Source: Microbotryum violaceum (Eukaryota). From it: a stretch of DNA of 64,000 nt. Every line of letters starts with the position of its first letter. Within the stretch, counting starts at the first letter, position 1. The notes below the pieces were generated by a model. The model did no database searches, had not been told where the DNA came from, and worked only from the letters and a program-made list of their open reading frames with translations. Location: NCBI GenBank assembly GCA_001244265.2, contig CDLV01000008.1, positions 372,001 to 436,000 on the forward strand, read 5' to 3'. Shown piece after piece: positions 31,001 to 44,070 of this stretch. The translations under genes were made by a program, and so were the position numbers.

Positions 31001-33050
31001 ATGCGACTCGTCTTTTCTTACCTCGATCGCACGAGCGCGATTTCTAACTCGGAGAAGGACAAGGTCGAGACGTTCATGCGTCAGGTGCTACCTCTGCTTT
31101 TTGCGCTCTCACCCTCTGAATTCTCACTGATGACGATGCCCGTCGGAAGAGGTGCCGGCGACGATGACTCGGAGTCGCTCGAAGGTGCGAGTGAGGCCGG
31201 CACGAGTGGTCTCGATGATGTGACGGAGGTGACTTCGTCGATAGGTGGCAGCGTGACGGGGCATTCGAGGCGAGCAGGTCGCAAGATGGGCAGCGATTTA
31301 CGCAAGAAGGCGCTCAAAAACGCCGTCGGCCCTGCGCGTACATCGGGTCGTGAACCGGGACGACGGAGCAAGGTCTCGTCGCCGGCACCAAGCTCGCGTG
31401 GCGCTTCTCCGGCCCCCACACCCGCAGCGGGCGAAACAGATCAGGTCATGGCGGACGCTCTGCCCACGGTTTCGGGGTTGGCCTCGATGGTCACACCCGA
31501 AGTTGAAGCTGAGGCAGGCATTCCCGAGGTGAACGTCATCGACAGCTCCCGCGAGCAGTCCGCTGATGTCGCCTCTCCCCAGTTGGGTGGAGACGATGTC
31601 ATAACCGTCGGTGAAACCGTCTCGGCCGATATGTCACGCGAGCCTTCGGCGAGCAACCCTTTGCCCGACGCGACGGATTCGCCCGAGCTCGTCATCCCGG
31701 TCGAGGACAAGCCTCGGGGCGTCGATGTGCGGAAACAGTGGAACGTGTTCGCCAACTCGAACTTGTACGGGCTCGTTCGCGTCTTCCAAGTCATCTACAG
31801 TCGCTTGGTCTTGCTGAAAACGTCAGCAACAGTCGTAGCCGTTCCCCCACCTCGCGAACCCATTACGGAGAAGAGCGTTCCTTCGCTGTCGCTGTCGTTG
31901 ACGATGGCGCCTCCCGAGCAGTTCGCAGCGCCTTCGCCGACTGGGTCCGCCTACTACCAGCGCGCGCTTGCTTTGTGTGAAGCCTTATTCGACGGTCAGA
32001 TTGATCAGATGGCGTTCGAAGAGAAGCTCCGTCACATGTTCGCCACGCAGGGTTACATGCTCGCCACGATCGACCGTCTGATTCACAACCTTGTCCGATT
32101 GGCTACGGCTTCGCTAGGCGATGGCAAAACGCAGGACCTGGTCGAATTAATCGAGCAAGATCGCTCGCACTCTGATCGATCAACACCGCAGCAACAGATG
32201 TTCTACCGTGCCCAAGCCGAAAGCGCGCTCGGGAATGACGAAAACCTATACCGCATCGATTGGGTCCCTTCCTTGCGACGACTGCGCTTCCAGTTGCTCG
32301 GCAAGGATGTGTTGACGACGGAGGATATGGCCGCCGCCGATCAGGAGTGGAAGACGTACATGGAGCAATATGTTCTTGCCGATAGAACGCCGGGACTGAA
32401 CACGGAACCAGAGACGCCCTTCTTGACAAGGTGAGCAAACGAGCTTGTGATCCGTTTCATGCTTCGTTTAGGAGAAGTTGCTGACTTTGAGTGTCCAATC
32501 TCCACAGGAATTTGCGCAAGACCGCCACGTCCGGCTCGACCGCCATTCCTGCATCCGTGACGGCTCATTCAGGCCTACAAAGCAAGATCTGCATGCGCTC
32601 ATACCGCATCTTCTACGTCGCGCACACCGAAGACTTACTCCTTCGCCGTCCCTCATCCGCGCCCGACTCAACTCAACTCCGCGCAAGTCGTAGTGCGGCT
32701 TTCGAGGACTGGCTCGAGAAGAAGAAGGAGGTGTTGGGGGAGAAGGCCAAGTTGAAGGATGAGCAAAAGGCTCAGGCTTTAGCGAAGAAAGCTTCATTGG
32801 CGGAGGCGGAGGCTGCGAAGGTCGCTGCTATTACGGCGGCGGCCCCGACGACGACGAAAGTTGAGGAAACACCACTCAACACGGAGACAACTGTTGTTGC
32901 TGCTGCTCCGGAAGCCATGAAGGAGCCCGAGCCGGTTACGGCCACGATTGCCGAGACGGCAACACCAGCCCCATCCGAGGCGACGACTTCCACCACCACC
33001 ACTGCAGCGACGGCGATACCCGATGAAGATTTTAAGATGGCGGATGCTTG
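28029..33050 (+). CDS. SIN3: Sin3 transcriptional co-repressor (PAH1-3, HID, Sin3a_C)
   Basis: PAH1 [52 protein letters not shown]. PAH2 EFNHAINYVNKIKNRF. PAH3 YHEFLKLLNLY. HID GPSYRKLP..CSGRDALCWEVLNDEWVS. Confidence 0.98.
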
Positions 33051-33309
33051 ATCGAATGTTGATGGGTCGTGTTTTCTGTTCTGTACATTAGACGTCCGGT
33101 CTTCTCTTATGTCATGTTCTGCTGTGGAAATACAAGCACTATATTCTATATACGCTGAGGGATGGGAATAATGTTGCAAGAGGGGACTTAAATGCTACTG
33201 CGACTGACTAGGAGTGACAAAAAGAGGGCAAAAGTGGGGAGCATACACAACAACATGAACGAGAACCATAAACACTGGAAAATGAGGGAATCCCGACGGC
33301 ACGTGATCT

Positions 33310-35545
33310 TTATCGCTGCCAACCATTCACCAACTTCCTGCCTGGCGCTCCCGAATTCGACGACGTAGTCCTACTATGCCCATCCGTCTGCACCTCCGCA
33401 TCGACCCATCTCACCAAATCATCACTTGAATCCGCCTCTTGTTGTATCTCCAACGCATGCAAAACCCTTCCCCCCAACTCCTTCTCCTCGACCTTGGACT
33501 CGATCGCCATCTTTCCCCTCCTCAACAACGCTTCAATCGTCTGACACACCGCAGCATAGTGTGGGTCCTTCTCCAGTATCCGTTCCCAAGCCGCTTCGTT
33601 GTCATTATCATCATCATCTTCCTCCCCTTCATCATCATCCTCATCACTCGACATGCCTTCAAAAGGTGAGATGGACCCATTTGTCGAAGCAGCTTTGGTC
33701 TTGCGTGGCGATAAAGGCGTGCGAAAAGGCGCCAGTGCTATACCAGCATTAGATTCACGCATCCTTCGTCTCAGGTCACGTAGCTCGGCAGTGTGTTTGA
33801 TCTTGAGTTGTTCGAGCGATGCGTTGATGCCGAGGAGGGACTTGTTGGTAATTTCGAGGTCCAGGATCTGAGACGTCAGGTCGTATCTGCGGTCAGTTGA
33901 GCGTGCTTTCATTCTCATCTTCGAAATGAGTAAAGGAGCAACTGACCTTGCGTTGGATCCTGGCTTCCTTCTCTTCGCTCATCTCGTCGATACTGCTTTG
34001 CATGATCAGTTCAGGTCTTCGAGGTGCAAAACCACTAGCCAACGACGGTGCGGGCAGCATGATGGTTTGGTCCGCCAGCGCCCTCTTCTGCCTATTCGAC
34101 TTTGAGACACCATCCTGATCCTCGTGGACCCCATCATCAAAGGAGGACTCGAGGTCACTGTCTTTTTCTCCTTCCTCCTCCTCGTTGAAATGCTGAGGAC
34201 GACTCCAATCGATCCCCATTAATCCTTGATCACTCCTCCCACTCGATCGAGTCCCCGTGCTCGTCATCGAGTCTTTTCGACCCCAAGACGAAGTCGAAGC
34301 GACGACATGCAGAGGGTTCGACGCATACACTGATGCCAAAGCGATAGTATCACTTCCCGTCGAAGAAAAGACAGATGAAGTTGTGGAAGTGGCAGAATGC
34401 GAACGAGCGTGGCGAAGGGAGGCCGTGCCTGTCACTGAGGCGGGTCGTGGGGAAAGCACCGGTCGAGTTGGGGAGGTTCTTAAGGCCGGTGTGGTATGGG
34501 AGGCTTCGCGTTGAGGTGTTCGGGTGCTCGTTCCCCCTGTGGTCCTGGATAGAGGTACGGGGGTAGTCGTTGATGACCCGACAGAGAAGGCCGGTAGCAA
34601 GGCCGAGACAGGGGTCGAGGGGTTAGCGGCTCCTGGTCCGCGTTGACCCTCTGAGCTGAAGGCGCTCTTGACGCGTCGAGGACCACCGTCGACCGAGTTG
34701 GCGGCATGGACGTCGACGTGCAAGTCGGCGGACAGAGATGATATACTTGGAGAGGTGAGGGGGGAAGAAGTCGTGCTCGTGGAACCGGGCGAGGTAGAGA
34801 GGCCAGGAGGGAAGTACGATGTCGACGAGGAGGAAGCGAGAGGACCGTGACCTCCTGTGAGATGAGGCGAGGAGCGCAGCGGCGGGGAGTGGACCTTGCG
34901 AACCGATACGGATGAAGGTAGATAATCGATCGTCTTGGGAAAGACGTCGTTCTGGCCCTTGAGATCCCTGGCGACGGTGGTCGTGGTCGGGGTGCCGTAC
35001 CGCTGCGGAGGCGAGTGGGGCGGCCGGGTCGGACTGGCGCTGCGGGTGCTGGTCGACGCGGCAAAGTTGGAACTCCAGGTCGGGTTGGCTCGAATCGAAG
35101 AGAGAGAGGAGGTGGAGCTCTGAGCGCGGATCAGGGGAGATTGTTGGCGTGAGGACGAGCTGTTGGCATGGGCGGCGGCTGCTCGCTTGGCCATGGTGGT
35201 GGTGGTGGTGATGGTGGACGTTGCCGATGACGGCGCGCCAGCGATGCCGACGTCGCCTTCGCGAATGTTGTGGGTGCGAGCCCGCGGGGACGGCGTGTTG
35301 ACGCCAGCCTTCGACACAGGCGGCGATGTGAATCGAGAGAGATCGACCTTGGCTCGCAAAGGCTTGTTCGTCGGTGTGGTGGTGCGCATCGTGGGCGACG
35401 CGGCACCGCCGTTGAGGGTCGTGGTCGAGCTCGACGGGGTGCTGTGGCTCAACACCTTGCGCCGCTCGGACGAAACACCCGGTGGGCGCGACACTGTGGG
35501 GGGGGGAGGGTGCAAGTGCGAGAGGATATGATCAGACTCGTGCAT
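33310..35545 (-). CDS. Conserved fungal uncharacterised protein: disordered Ser/Thr-rich N-terminus plus C-terminal coiled coil, 2 exons
   Basis: Splicing of the intron at about 33869-33946 gives EARIQRK|ILDLEITNKSLLGINASLE..ELRDLRRR, a motif I recognise from uncharacterised fungal proteins. Confidence 0.75.
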
Positions 35546-36121
35546 GAAGTTGCGCTGGCAATGTAGGCTACGACCCAGCCTGACTTTGTTTGCCCGTATG
35601 TGGAGAAGGCCAGGCCGCCGTTCGCCACGAGCGAGTTGGACGGGGGGGTGGGAGCGAGAGAGAGAGAGCACGTGAGCGCGTGAGCAACCGCGCCGCCCGC
35701 CCCTCCCTGGCCAGCGCGGACCAAAACTGACCAAAACGCTTCAAGGCTAATCCGTAATGCTGAGGATTAATGCGCACTTGCTTATCCCAATCAAGTCCGA
35801 ACTCAGCCGCTTGAATCAGGGTCAGGTGCAGACATTGTAAAAACATGCTGGTTTTTCGGTTTTGTTTCAGGTTATGTAGTGAATTAAACACGCGGTTGCA
35901 GTGGTCTGAACTCCGACGGGGACAGCCGAAGGGGTCCGTGCGCGTGCTCGGTGCCTCGGTAGGCCTCGGTACTGCCTCGGTGACGCGATTTTAACGCTGG
36001 GTTGCCGGCATCCGTAGCCTGGCCTGTTTTGACGTTTGTGCTCCGCCGCGCAGAGTCGTCCACCCTGGCTAGCTTCACCACGCTTCGACGTCTATCCCAG
36101 CACGTTCGACCATTCGCCACC

Positions 36122-37846
36122 ATGAGTGAATACAACATTCGTCAGTCGTCTGCCCTGTGCCTGATCATGTAGAGCGTTGCGCGCCACTCCCCCTGACTTG
36201 CGTTCGTTGCGCCTCCTGCGTCTACTTTCCCTCGCCCAGGCCAGATCGGCTCTGCCAACACCCTTGGTGAGTGTTTCCTGGTCTCCGTTGTCTCAGCTGC
36301 TTGAAATACGATCTAATCGTAGACATTATCTCCTGCTGCAGAGTACCGTGTCTTCACGGAAAAGGATGGCAAGGTCATCTCGCCTTTCCACGACATTCCC
36401 CTCTTTGCCAACGACACCAAGACTGTGAGCAGCTCCCCGGCTATATATCTTGGGTCAATACATGGAAGCTTACTCCTTCGGCCCGCATCACCACGCAGGT
36501 CTTCAACATGATCGTCGAGATCCCCCGCTGGACCAACGCCAAGCTCGTCAGTGCCCCCGCTCTTCCGCTTCCGCTTCCGCCCGATATCCTCGCAGAATGA
36601 CATAACAACCAGAAACGTCCGCCGACCCTCCTTGTTCCATTCACCTACCAATAGGAAATCAGCAAGGAGGAGACCTTCAACCCGATCCGCCAGGACACCA
36701 AGAAGGACAGGCTGCGCTTTGTGCGCAACTGCTTTCCCCACCATGGTCGGTCGATTCTGCACGTGCAGCGCACTCTATCTTGCTGACCCCTGCCCCGATC
36801 GACCCACAATAGGTTACATGCTCAACTACGGGTACGTCACTCGTTATGCTTACCTCTCGATCCATTGACTGATCAACGCCTCCCACTTTTCCCACAGTGC
36901 TCTCCCCCAAACCTGGGAGGACCCCAACCAGATGCACTCCGAGACCAAGGCCAACGGTGACGACGACCCCCTCGACGTCTGCGAGATCGGCGAGGCCATC
37001 GGCTACACCGGCCAAGTCAAGCAGGTCAAGGTGCTCGGCATCATGGCCTTGCTCGACGAGGGCGAGACCGACTGGAAGGTTATCGCCATCGACGTCAACG
37101 ACCCGCTCGCCGGCAAGCTCAACGACATCGAGGATGTAGAGAGGCACTTGCCCGGCCTGATCCGCGCCACCAACGAGTGGTTCCGGTGAGTGTTGGAACA
37201 GCGTTTCGTAAAGTCTTGGTTGCTTTGAACTGTTGAACTGACGCAGGGACCGCGCCTCGCGCCTTGCGACTCGTTCTTCTTTCCCAGCATCTACAAAATC
37301 CCCGACGGAAAGCCCGAGAACCAGTTCGCCTTCTCCGGCGAGGCCAAGAACAAGCGCTACGCGATCGAGATCATCCTCGAGTGCCACGAAGCGTGGAAGC
37401 GCCTCGTCTCCGGCCAGACCAAGTCCGACATCGCCGTGTAAGCCCCGTGTTCCGCGCGCTTCTCGTCCAAACTCCAGGTCCTGACCAAGGCGATCTTCTC
37501 GTGGCTCAGTACCAACTTGACTCAAGATGGTACTCCCGGCAAGGTCTCGACCTCGGATGCTGCCTACTCCTCGCTCCCCGCCGACTCGAGGGCCGCGCCC
37601 GCGCCTATCGACCCCTCGATCAACAAGACCTTCTTCATCTCCGGTTAGTTTGCGCGGAAGCTCAGCACAGGGCAGTACAGGCGAGGTAGCTGACGGTATA
37701 TTCACTTTATTTGTGTTTGTTGTTTGCGGTGCAACAGGCCACGTGAGTGTTTTTTCTCCCCTGCCCGGCTCTTTACAAGGCTTGCTAACTGACGGTTGAG
37801 TGCATGTGTGGTGTTCTACCCCTCTCTCGTTGAACAGGCAGTCTAA
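36122..37846 (+). CDS. IPP1: Inorganic pyrophosphatase (family I), many small exons
   Basis: [93 protein letters not shown]. Confidence 0.98.
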
Positions 37847-38318
37847 AGCCCAGTTATGAGCTCAACGATTTGGGTGGTGTAGATCAAATGCCTTTGAAAA
37901 AGAAGAGATAAACATGGCTATTGAGACGGTACAGTTAGTTTCTTTTTTGAAATTGACACAGTCATCTTGAACCAATTAATGTTGATGGCGATAGGCCTCA
38001 AGTGTTGACAGAAGTCTAGACCGTCCATGGATCGTCCCGCACATGAGAGCGCTCGATGGCTGGCTATTTTTGCTACATAGCTATGCTCGGTCGCTAGATT
38101 CGCTGCGCCTGGCCTGCGTCGCCGCTCTGTGAGTCGTCCGGTCTCGTCCGGTTCGCGTGCGCGTGAACCCAGAGCAGGCAGGAGCAGGCCGGAATTGTCA
38201 CGTTCGCTCGTGATTCGGTGGACGTCGAACCCGGGTCTGCCTCTTGTCCCTCCTGTCTCCCCCTGCTGTGGCTCTTTGTTGAAGCGTGACCGGATTGACG
38301 ACGACCACCAGCTCCATT

Positions 38319-40119
38319 ATGTTTGGTCGAGCTCATCCGACAACACCTTGCTCTACACCCCCCTCCTCCAGTCATGGTGAGCAACTTTCCCTTCCCGTTC
38401 CGTTTGTCCCATCGGTTGTCACATCATCGCATCGTCTCGCAATTCTGACGTCGTATGCGCGTCGTTTTCCCCTTTCTCTCAGGTTGGGTCAAGGCCATCG
38501 GGCTCGTCTTTCTCGGTGTTCCTGTAGTGTATTACACCTACGTCGAACTGTTCCGCGCACGAGAGATCCGGAGACGGAGAGTGCAGTACCATAGCAAGCG
38601 ACAACGACGCTTAGAACGAATCGTCGCGAACGAGGGTGACAATGTCGGCGCATTGACATCGAGTACCGAGGAGGTGACGAAGCGTGAGAAGGAGGGATCC
38701 GAGGGATCCGAGGGAGTGTCGGTAGGGAAAGGGAGGAGAGGTATTAGTGAGGAGGAGTATGAGGAGATCGCGGAAATGTATGCGCCGTATGTATTAGGGG
38801 GGAGGTATTGTAATGCGCTCGGGCCGGAATGGAGAGAACAAGGAGGTTCGTTCAATTTCTTTGTCGCGTGAACCCGGATGCGACGCTGACGTAAGATTGC
38901 TCTCACAGCATGGGAATGGATTGCATGGAAGCTTATATGGGCACCCTTGCATGGAACTCTCTTTTGGAACGCCGGCGTACCAACCGATCCGATTAAACTT
39001 GCCGAATCGCTTCCTCTCGAAAGGCCCAACTTTGAGCTTCTGTTCGGCTTCGACCCGGAACAGGTTTCCGTCGACACCGCGCCACCTGAACCGACAGCTA
39101 AGGAGACCTCGGACGCTCGACTAGCGGAAAGTATCGGAGACCTTTCGGCCAGTTGGGATCGACTCTCGTCCTCAACCCCGGCCTCTCTTTCTTCCGCAAC
39201 CTCACAACGTGTCTCTCGATCCAACAGTGAGACTCCACCACGAGTCGAAGTGGGCGAGGATTTAACGGCGACATGGATCGGTCAATCGACGACCTTTTTT
39301 CAACTCGACGGCGTCTCGGTTCTGACCGACCCCGTTTTTGCCCACCGCACCGTCGATACCGTCCTCGCGCCTCCCCGGTTATGCCCACCCCCTTGCCCCC
39401 TCTCTGCACTTTTATCGATCCAACTCGTGCTTGTCTCGCACGACCACTTTGATCATGTCCACCCCGACGACGTACGGTACCTCGGCAACTCGGTGCACTG
39501 GGTCGTCCCCACCGGAATGGGAAAATTCCTCCGCTCGCTCGGCGTAACTCGTTTCTCCGAATTGACCTGGTGGCAAACGACCGTGCTCGAATTTACCGTC
39601 CCCCTTCGAGGAGGTCGAACCGAATCACGTAAACTCAACATCACCGCCACACCTGCACAACATTGGTCCTCTCGAGGTCCATTGGATACGAATCAGTCGT
39701 TGTGGTGTTCGTACGTGGTCGAAGGCAAACACGAAACCGTTTTCCACGCCGGTGATACGGGTTACAATGCGACCTTGTTCAAAGCGATTGGTAAAGTTTT
39801 CGGTCCTTTCGACCTTGCCTTGCTCCCCATCGGTTCCTATACCCCAAGATGGCACATGATCTCTCAACACTGCAACCCCGAAGATGCGGTCAAGATTTGT
39901 TTGGACCTCGGTGCCAAGAAGGCGTGGGCCCAACATTGGGGGACGTGGATCTTGAGCGATGAGCATTATTTGGAGCCGCCGAAGATGTTGGAACTGGCGA
40001 GGAAGAAATGGGATTTTCAAGAGGGCAGGTTCGAAGTGGTTAGACCCGGGAGGACGGGGTGTTGGAAGAGGGTGGAAAGTAAGGAGGGGGAGGACGAGGA
40101 CGAGGACGAGGAGAAGTAG
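38319..40119 (+). CDS. NAPE-hydrolysing phospholipase D (Fmp30-like metallo-beta-lactamase fold) with an N-terminal TM helix, 3 exons
   Basis: TWIGQST, LTDPVF, SHDHFDH, TPAQHWSSRG..LWCSYV, FHAGDTGY, LPIGSYTPRW..HCNPEDA, HWGTW.LSDE. Confidence 0.92.
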
Positions 40120-40560
40120 ATATGGGGAGGAGGGGAGGGGCAAGGTTCTTGCAATCATAGAGTGCGTAGAATTGCTATCATCTGGACATAATAGATTCGC
40201 CATTATGCCCCGCAGGAGCCAAGTGATAAGCATGGTGATCGGCGCGGGTGTAGCTGAACTCCCGCCCGCATCAACATTAAACAGGGGTGCGATGGGGAGG
40301 TGAGAAATGCATTTGTGCTCTCGAACCCGAGGAAGTAGTCGGCATCTCCCCCTGTATTTAGGTGCTCTCGACATTGGTAACAATGCCAGAGCATGAAACA
40401 CGATTTGGGCAGTGGTCGATCGAGTTGAAATCTGCATCCGACTCGGCCCCCCTCGACCGATTCCTTCTCGCCACGACCTCGCGCAACCAGCAGCCACACA
40501 CCACAGCACGCCCCACGCGACCCGACCAGATTTGGATTCGGCTAGGTTGGTTCGGGTTGG

Positions 40561-43442
40561 ATGTTGGCTCGTGCGCTGCAGCCTTTACGGTCGCATCCAC
40601 CGATGCGAGTCTGTGATGCTTGTGGTACTCGCCTGATGTCGTCGTCGTCATCATCGACGTCGTCAGGTCGATCGGAATTCCAGTCGTCGTCATCGGTGCA
40701 TCTGTCGAGTGAATGGAGACATGGGGAAGGGAAGCAAAGAGAGGTGGGTGCTGTATTCCTTCATGTATACATCACTCGTGCTAGTAAGCTGATAACGAAG
40801 ATCGCTACCCACAGATCGTGTTGGATCGAACCGAGCTTCGCAATCGATCCGAGCTCACGGGGCTGGCGAGACGACCGGCTGGCGTGCGTTAGGGCATGTT
40901 TTCTCCTGGATTTCTAGCGACGACCACTTACTTTCGGTTTCTCGCCTCACAGGTCATCGCTGTACCGTATAGCACGAGTCGTGCCTTGTCTTCACGGACA
41001 GCCTTGAGCTCGAGCTCGACTCGGGTCCCTGAGCAGCTAGCCACAGTCCCGCTCGGCTCACAAGCTGTAGCCACAACCTTGGCCGACCTGGAAATGGCTA
41101 TCACAAGCAGCCCTCCCGTAGAAGCTCGAGCGGTCTTTAATCATCTCACACCGCATGATCGCGCCTCGTTGCCAAGATCCACGTTCGATGATCTCTTCCT
41201 CCTCGTCGCCGAACTCGATTCGCCTCAACGACGGACACGTCGCGTAGCCAGCGCAATCAAGGCATTGCATGCCTACGCCAAGGATGAAAGAAGGTGGAGA
41301 TTGACAGATCAACAGACGCGCATCGCTTTCCAAGTGATGGTACGATGGGAAGAGATTCGGAGGAAGCTCGCGGCGGATTACCGTGATCCTATCAATCCGA
41401 CGGTGGAGGAATGGAACACCCAAGAACGCGAACGGGCGAGAAGGGCCTACCTCGATCAAATCAGGGAAGAATTTGTGGCTATACGATCACGTGGGAGCAT
41501 CGAGTTCCGAGACGATAGGTCGATCGTCGAACGGTGCGCCGCAGCCATTATCAGTCGCGATGTCAATGATTATCAAAATGCTGCCGAGGTGTACGCGCGA
41601 GCCGGTCGACTACGCTACGACCCCTCTGCCATGGGGGGAATGAAACCTTCTTCGTCTTTCGTGGCGAACCCACCGATGGTTACACCGGCAGCTTCGACCT
41701 TGCTACTCAAACTATTTCAGAAGGACTCGCAGCTCGCGCGTCGGCATCTCGGGATCATGCTCGACCGCGGCCAACTGCCTTCGTTCGAAGCGATAAAACG
41801 CATCATGTTCAATTCCGACGAGTCGTCAAAGGGGGAGGAGGACGTATATATGCACTATCGGCAGGTTCTCGACGCGGCATGTGACCCGGGCTCGCGGTCG
41901 GGTACCCGGTCTCTTGATGCGCTGCTGGAGGAACGACTTGCTCAACTCGATCGGACCGAGGAATTCGAGCAAAACCCTTGGTTCGCGTTCCTGCAGTGGC
42001 TTTCGTCTGAGAGGGAGGACAAGGAAGACATGATGGAGTGGCTGCTAGTGTCGCTGAGGTTGTGGAAGGTCATCTATGCCGATCACGGGAACTCGCCTAC
42101 ACGGTACCGAAGCCGAGAACTGCTCGACGATCTTATTCGTCGGACCTTGCCCGAACGGCAGCTCGACCCTTCTGCAAACGCACGACCTGCACCCGCTTAC
42201 TTTCCCGGCAACCCTCATGGCCTTGGCCGACCCTCACGTGCTGTACACCTAGCGATTCGACTCGCCCTCGACCAACTGAGCACCTTCCAACTCGTCACTC
42301 GCGCTCACCGACTGCTCCAAGCCATCACCGTCTCGAGTCTCGATCGACCGTTGGCTCGCAAAGCCTACATGACCCTTCGCGAAAAGGCGCCTCTTGACAG
42401 CCAATACCCCTTCCGCTGGACAGCAGCCCTTCGACCGACGCTTGTCCAGTTGATTCTTCTCGCTTCGCCCCCCAATCCCCCGGACCCGGACTTCATCTTG
42501 CAACTCTACCTCGACTGGACCGCATGCGGCATGACCTTCCCCGTCTCCCTGTATCCTCTTCTATGGCGAGCCCTCGGTCGAAAGGGAACGGTGGAGGATT
42601 TGGCGCGTGTGATTGACGATTACGAAACCTCCGGACGAGGTCGCGTCGAAGCGCGCATCATCTCCTTCGTCCTCCTCGCCAGCACCGAACGCGAAGATGC
42701 CCTCAAAACACTACCTCTATTGGAATACTTCCGCAACCGCAGCCCCGTCACAACAACCCCGATCGACTATCTCGTCCCACGTCGCGTGTACGAGCACATC
42801 ATGTGGCAACTCGCTTCCTCCACATCCGACCAAAGGCCCGAGGTCCTTCGTTTGTTCAAACAATTGACCGAAGAAGAAGGATGGAAACCGCGTATCACGA
42901 CATGGAACGCGATCCTCGCCTCGCATGTATTCCGACCCTCCTTCACTCCTGACGATCTCGAAGCCGCAGGGAAGACGTACGACCTCATCGTTCGACGAAC
43001 GTTGCGGTCTCCGGATTCGGCGACCTTCTCTTTAGTCCTTCTAGGATTCGTTCGCATGGCGAAGCAGTTCGAAGGGCAAACAGTGACCGGCGTCGAAGCG
43101 GGTTTGAAGACCGTTTTATCGGCATTCGAAAAAGGGCGTTTGGTCCGTGGTCATCAAGTGGCCGAGTTGATAGGTTTGTTGGGCCAGTTGGGGAGGTACG
43201 ACCAAGCCAAGATGTTATCCGAACAGTGGTGGGCTAAGGTCGTTTCGAATGAGAGAGAGGGGAAAGGAAGGGTTCTGGGAGAGGAGGAGATGGAGAGGAT
43301 GAGAGGCGCGATTGAAGAGTTGGCTGAGAGGGAGAGTGGGATGAGAAGGGAGGAAAAAGTGAAGGGGATGAGACAGAGCAAGAGGAACAAGAGCAAACGG
43401 TCCGAGTTTGCTTTCCCTTTATTTAGGGATCCGAAGGACTGA
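40561..43442 (+). CDS. Probable mitochondrial pentatricopeptide-repeat (PPR)-like helical protein, 3 exons
   Basis: An Arg/Ser-rich N-terminus (MLARALQPLRSH..) is joined in frame by introns 40744-40814 and 40883-40952. PPR-like segments include GWKPRITTWNAILASH and SPDSATFSLVLLGF. Confidence 0.7.
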
Positions 43443-44070
43443 TCAAGCTGGTAGTGCAATAGACGCAACTTTTTAATGCGGATGTGCAGAACTTGGCCTA
43501 GCGCCAATGAAAGGATTTGGTCAAGTGCGGAGATCGATTTACCAAAGGAACGAATATCACGCCATTGGGCTTAAACCCAAGTAGCTAGTAAAAGGGGACG
43601 GGATAACCATATGTTCCTGGCAAGCGGATCGTGTGACACGCCGATGTAACCCCGACGAAACCCCGCCGGAAGTGCGGGCGGTGGAACCTTCTCACCCGCC
43701 GGTGTCGACTCCTATAATCGTTAGACGGGTAGCGTAGAGCTGCTATAGCTCGGTGAATCGGGCTTCGGACATTTGTCCGACTCGAGTTGACTTCGGTTCA
43801 GTGAGTGGCTGGACTGCACGTATGAGCAGAGCCCCGACTTGCCACAGATTGCTTGTGGAAAGCATCTGGTGGAACTGCCACTACGTTGCAACAATTTCTT
43901 CGCTTCGGTCTTCCTTCCTGTATCCAAGCGAAATACATAACGTGGAAGGCAAGCAGTGAAAAAACTGCTCGGTAGTGAGAGTCGGGAGGCGCGCGGCAGC
44001 GCATCACCGAACCTTGGTAACGCATAATGAAGACCTCACATTTGGTAAATATAGGACTGTTCAGAGGTTT

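Noticed and set aside
36677-37705. Long antisense ORFs (for example 342 aa opposite IPP1, 283 aa opposite the kinase, and others opposite SIN3 and CCT5)
   Set aside because: These are shadows of strongly biased, GC3-rich coding sequence on the other strand.
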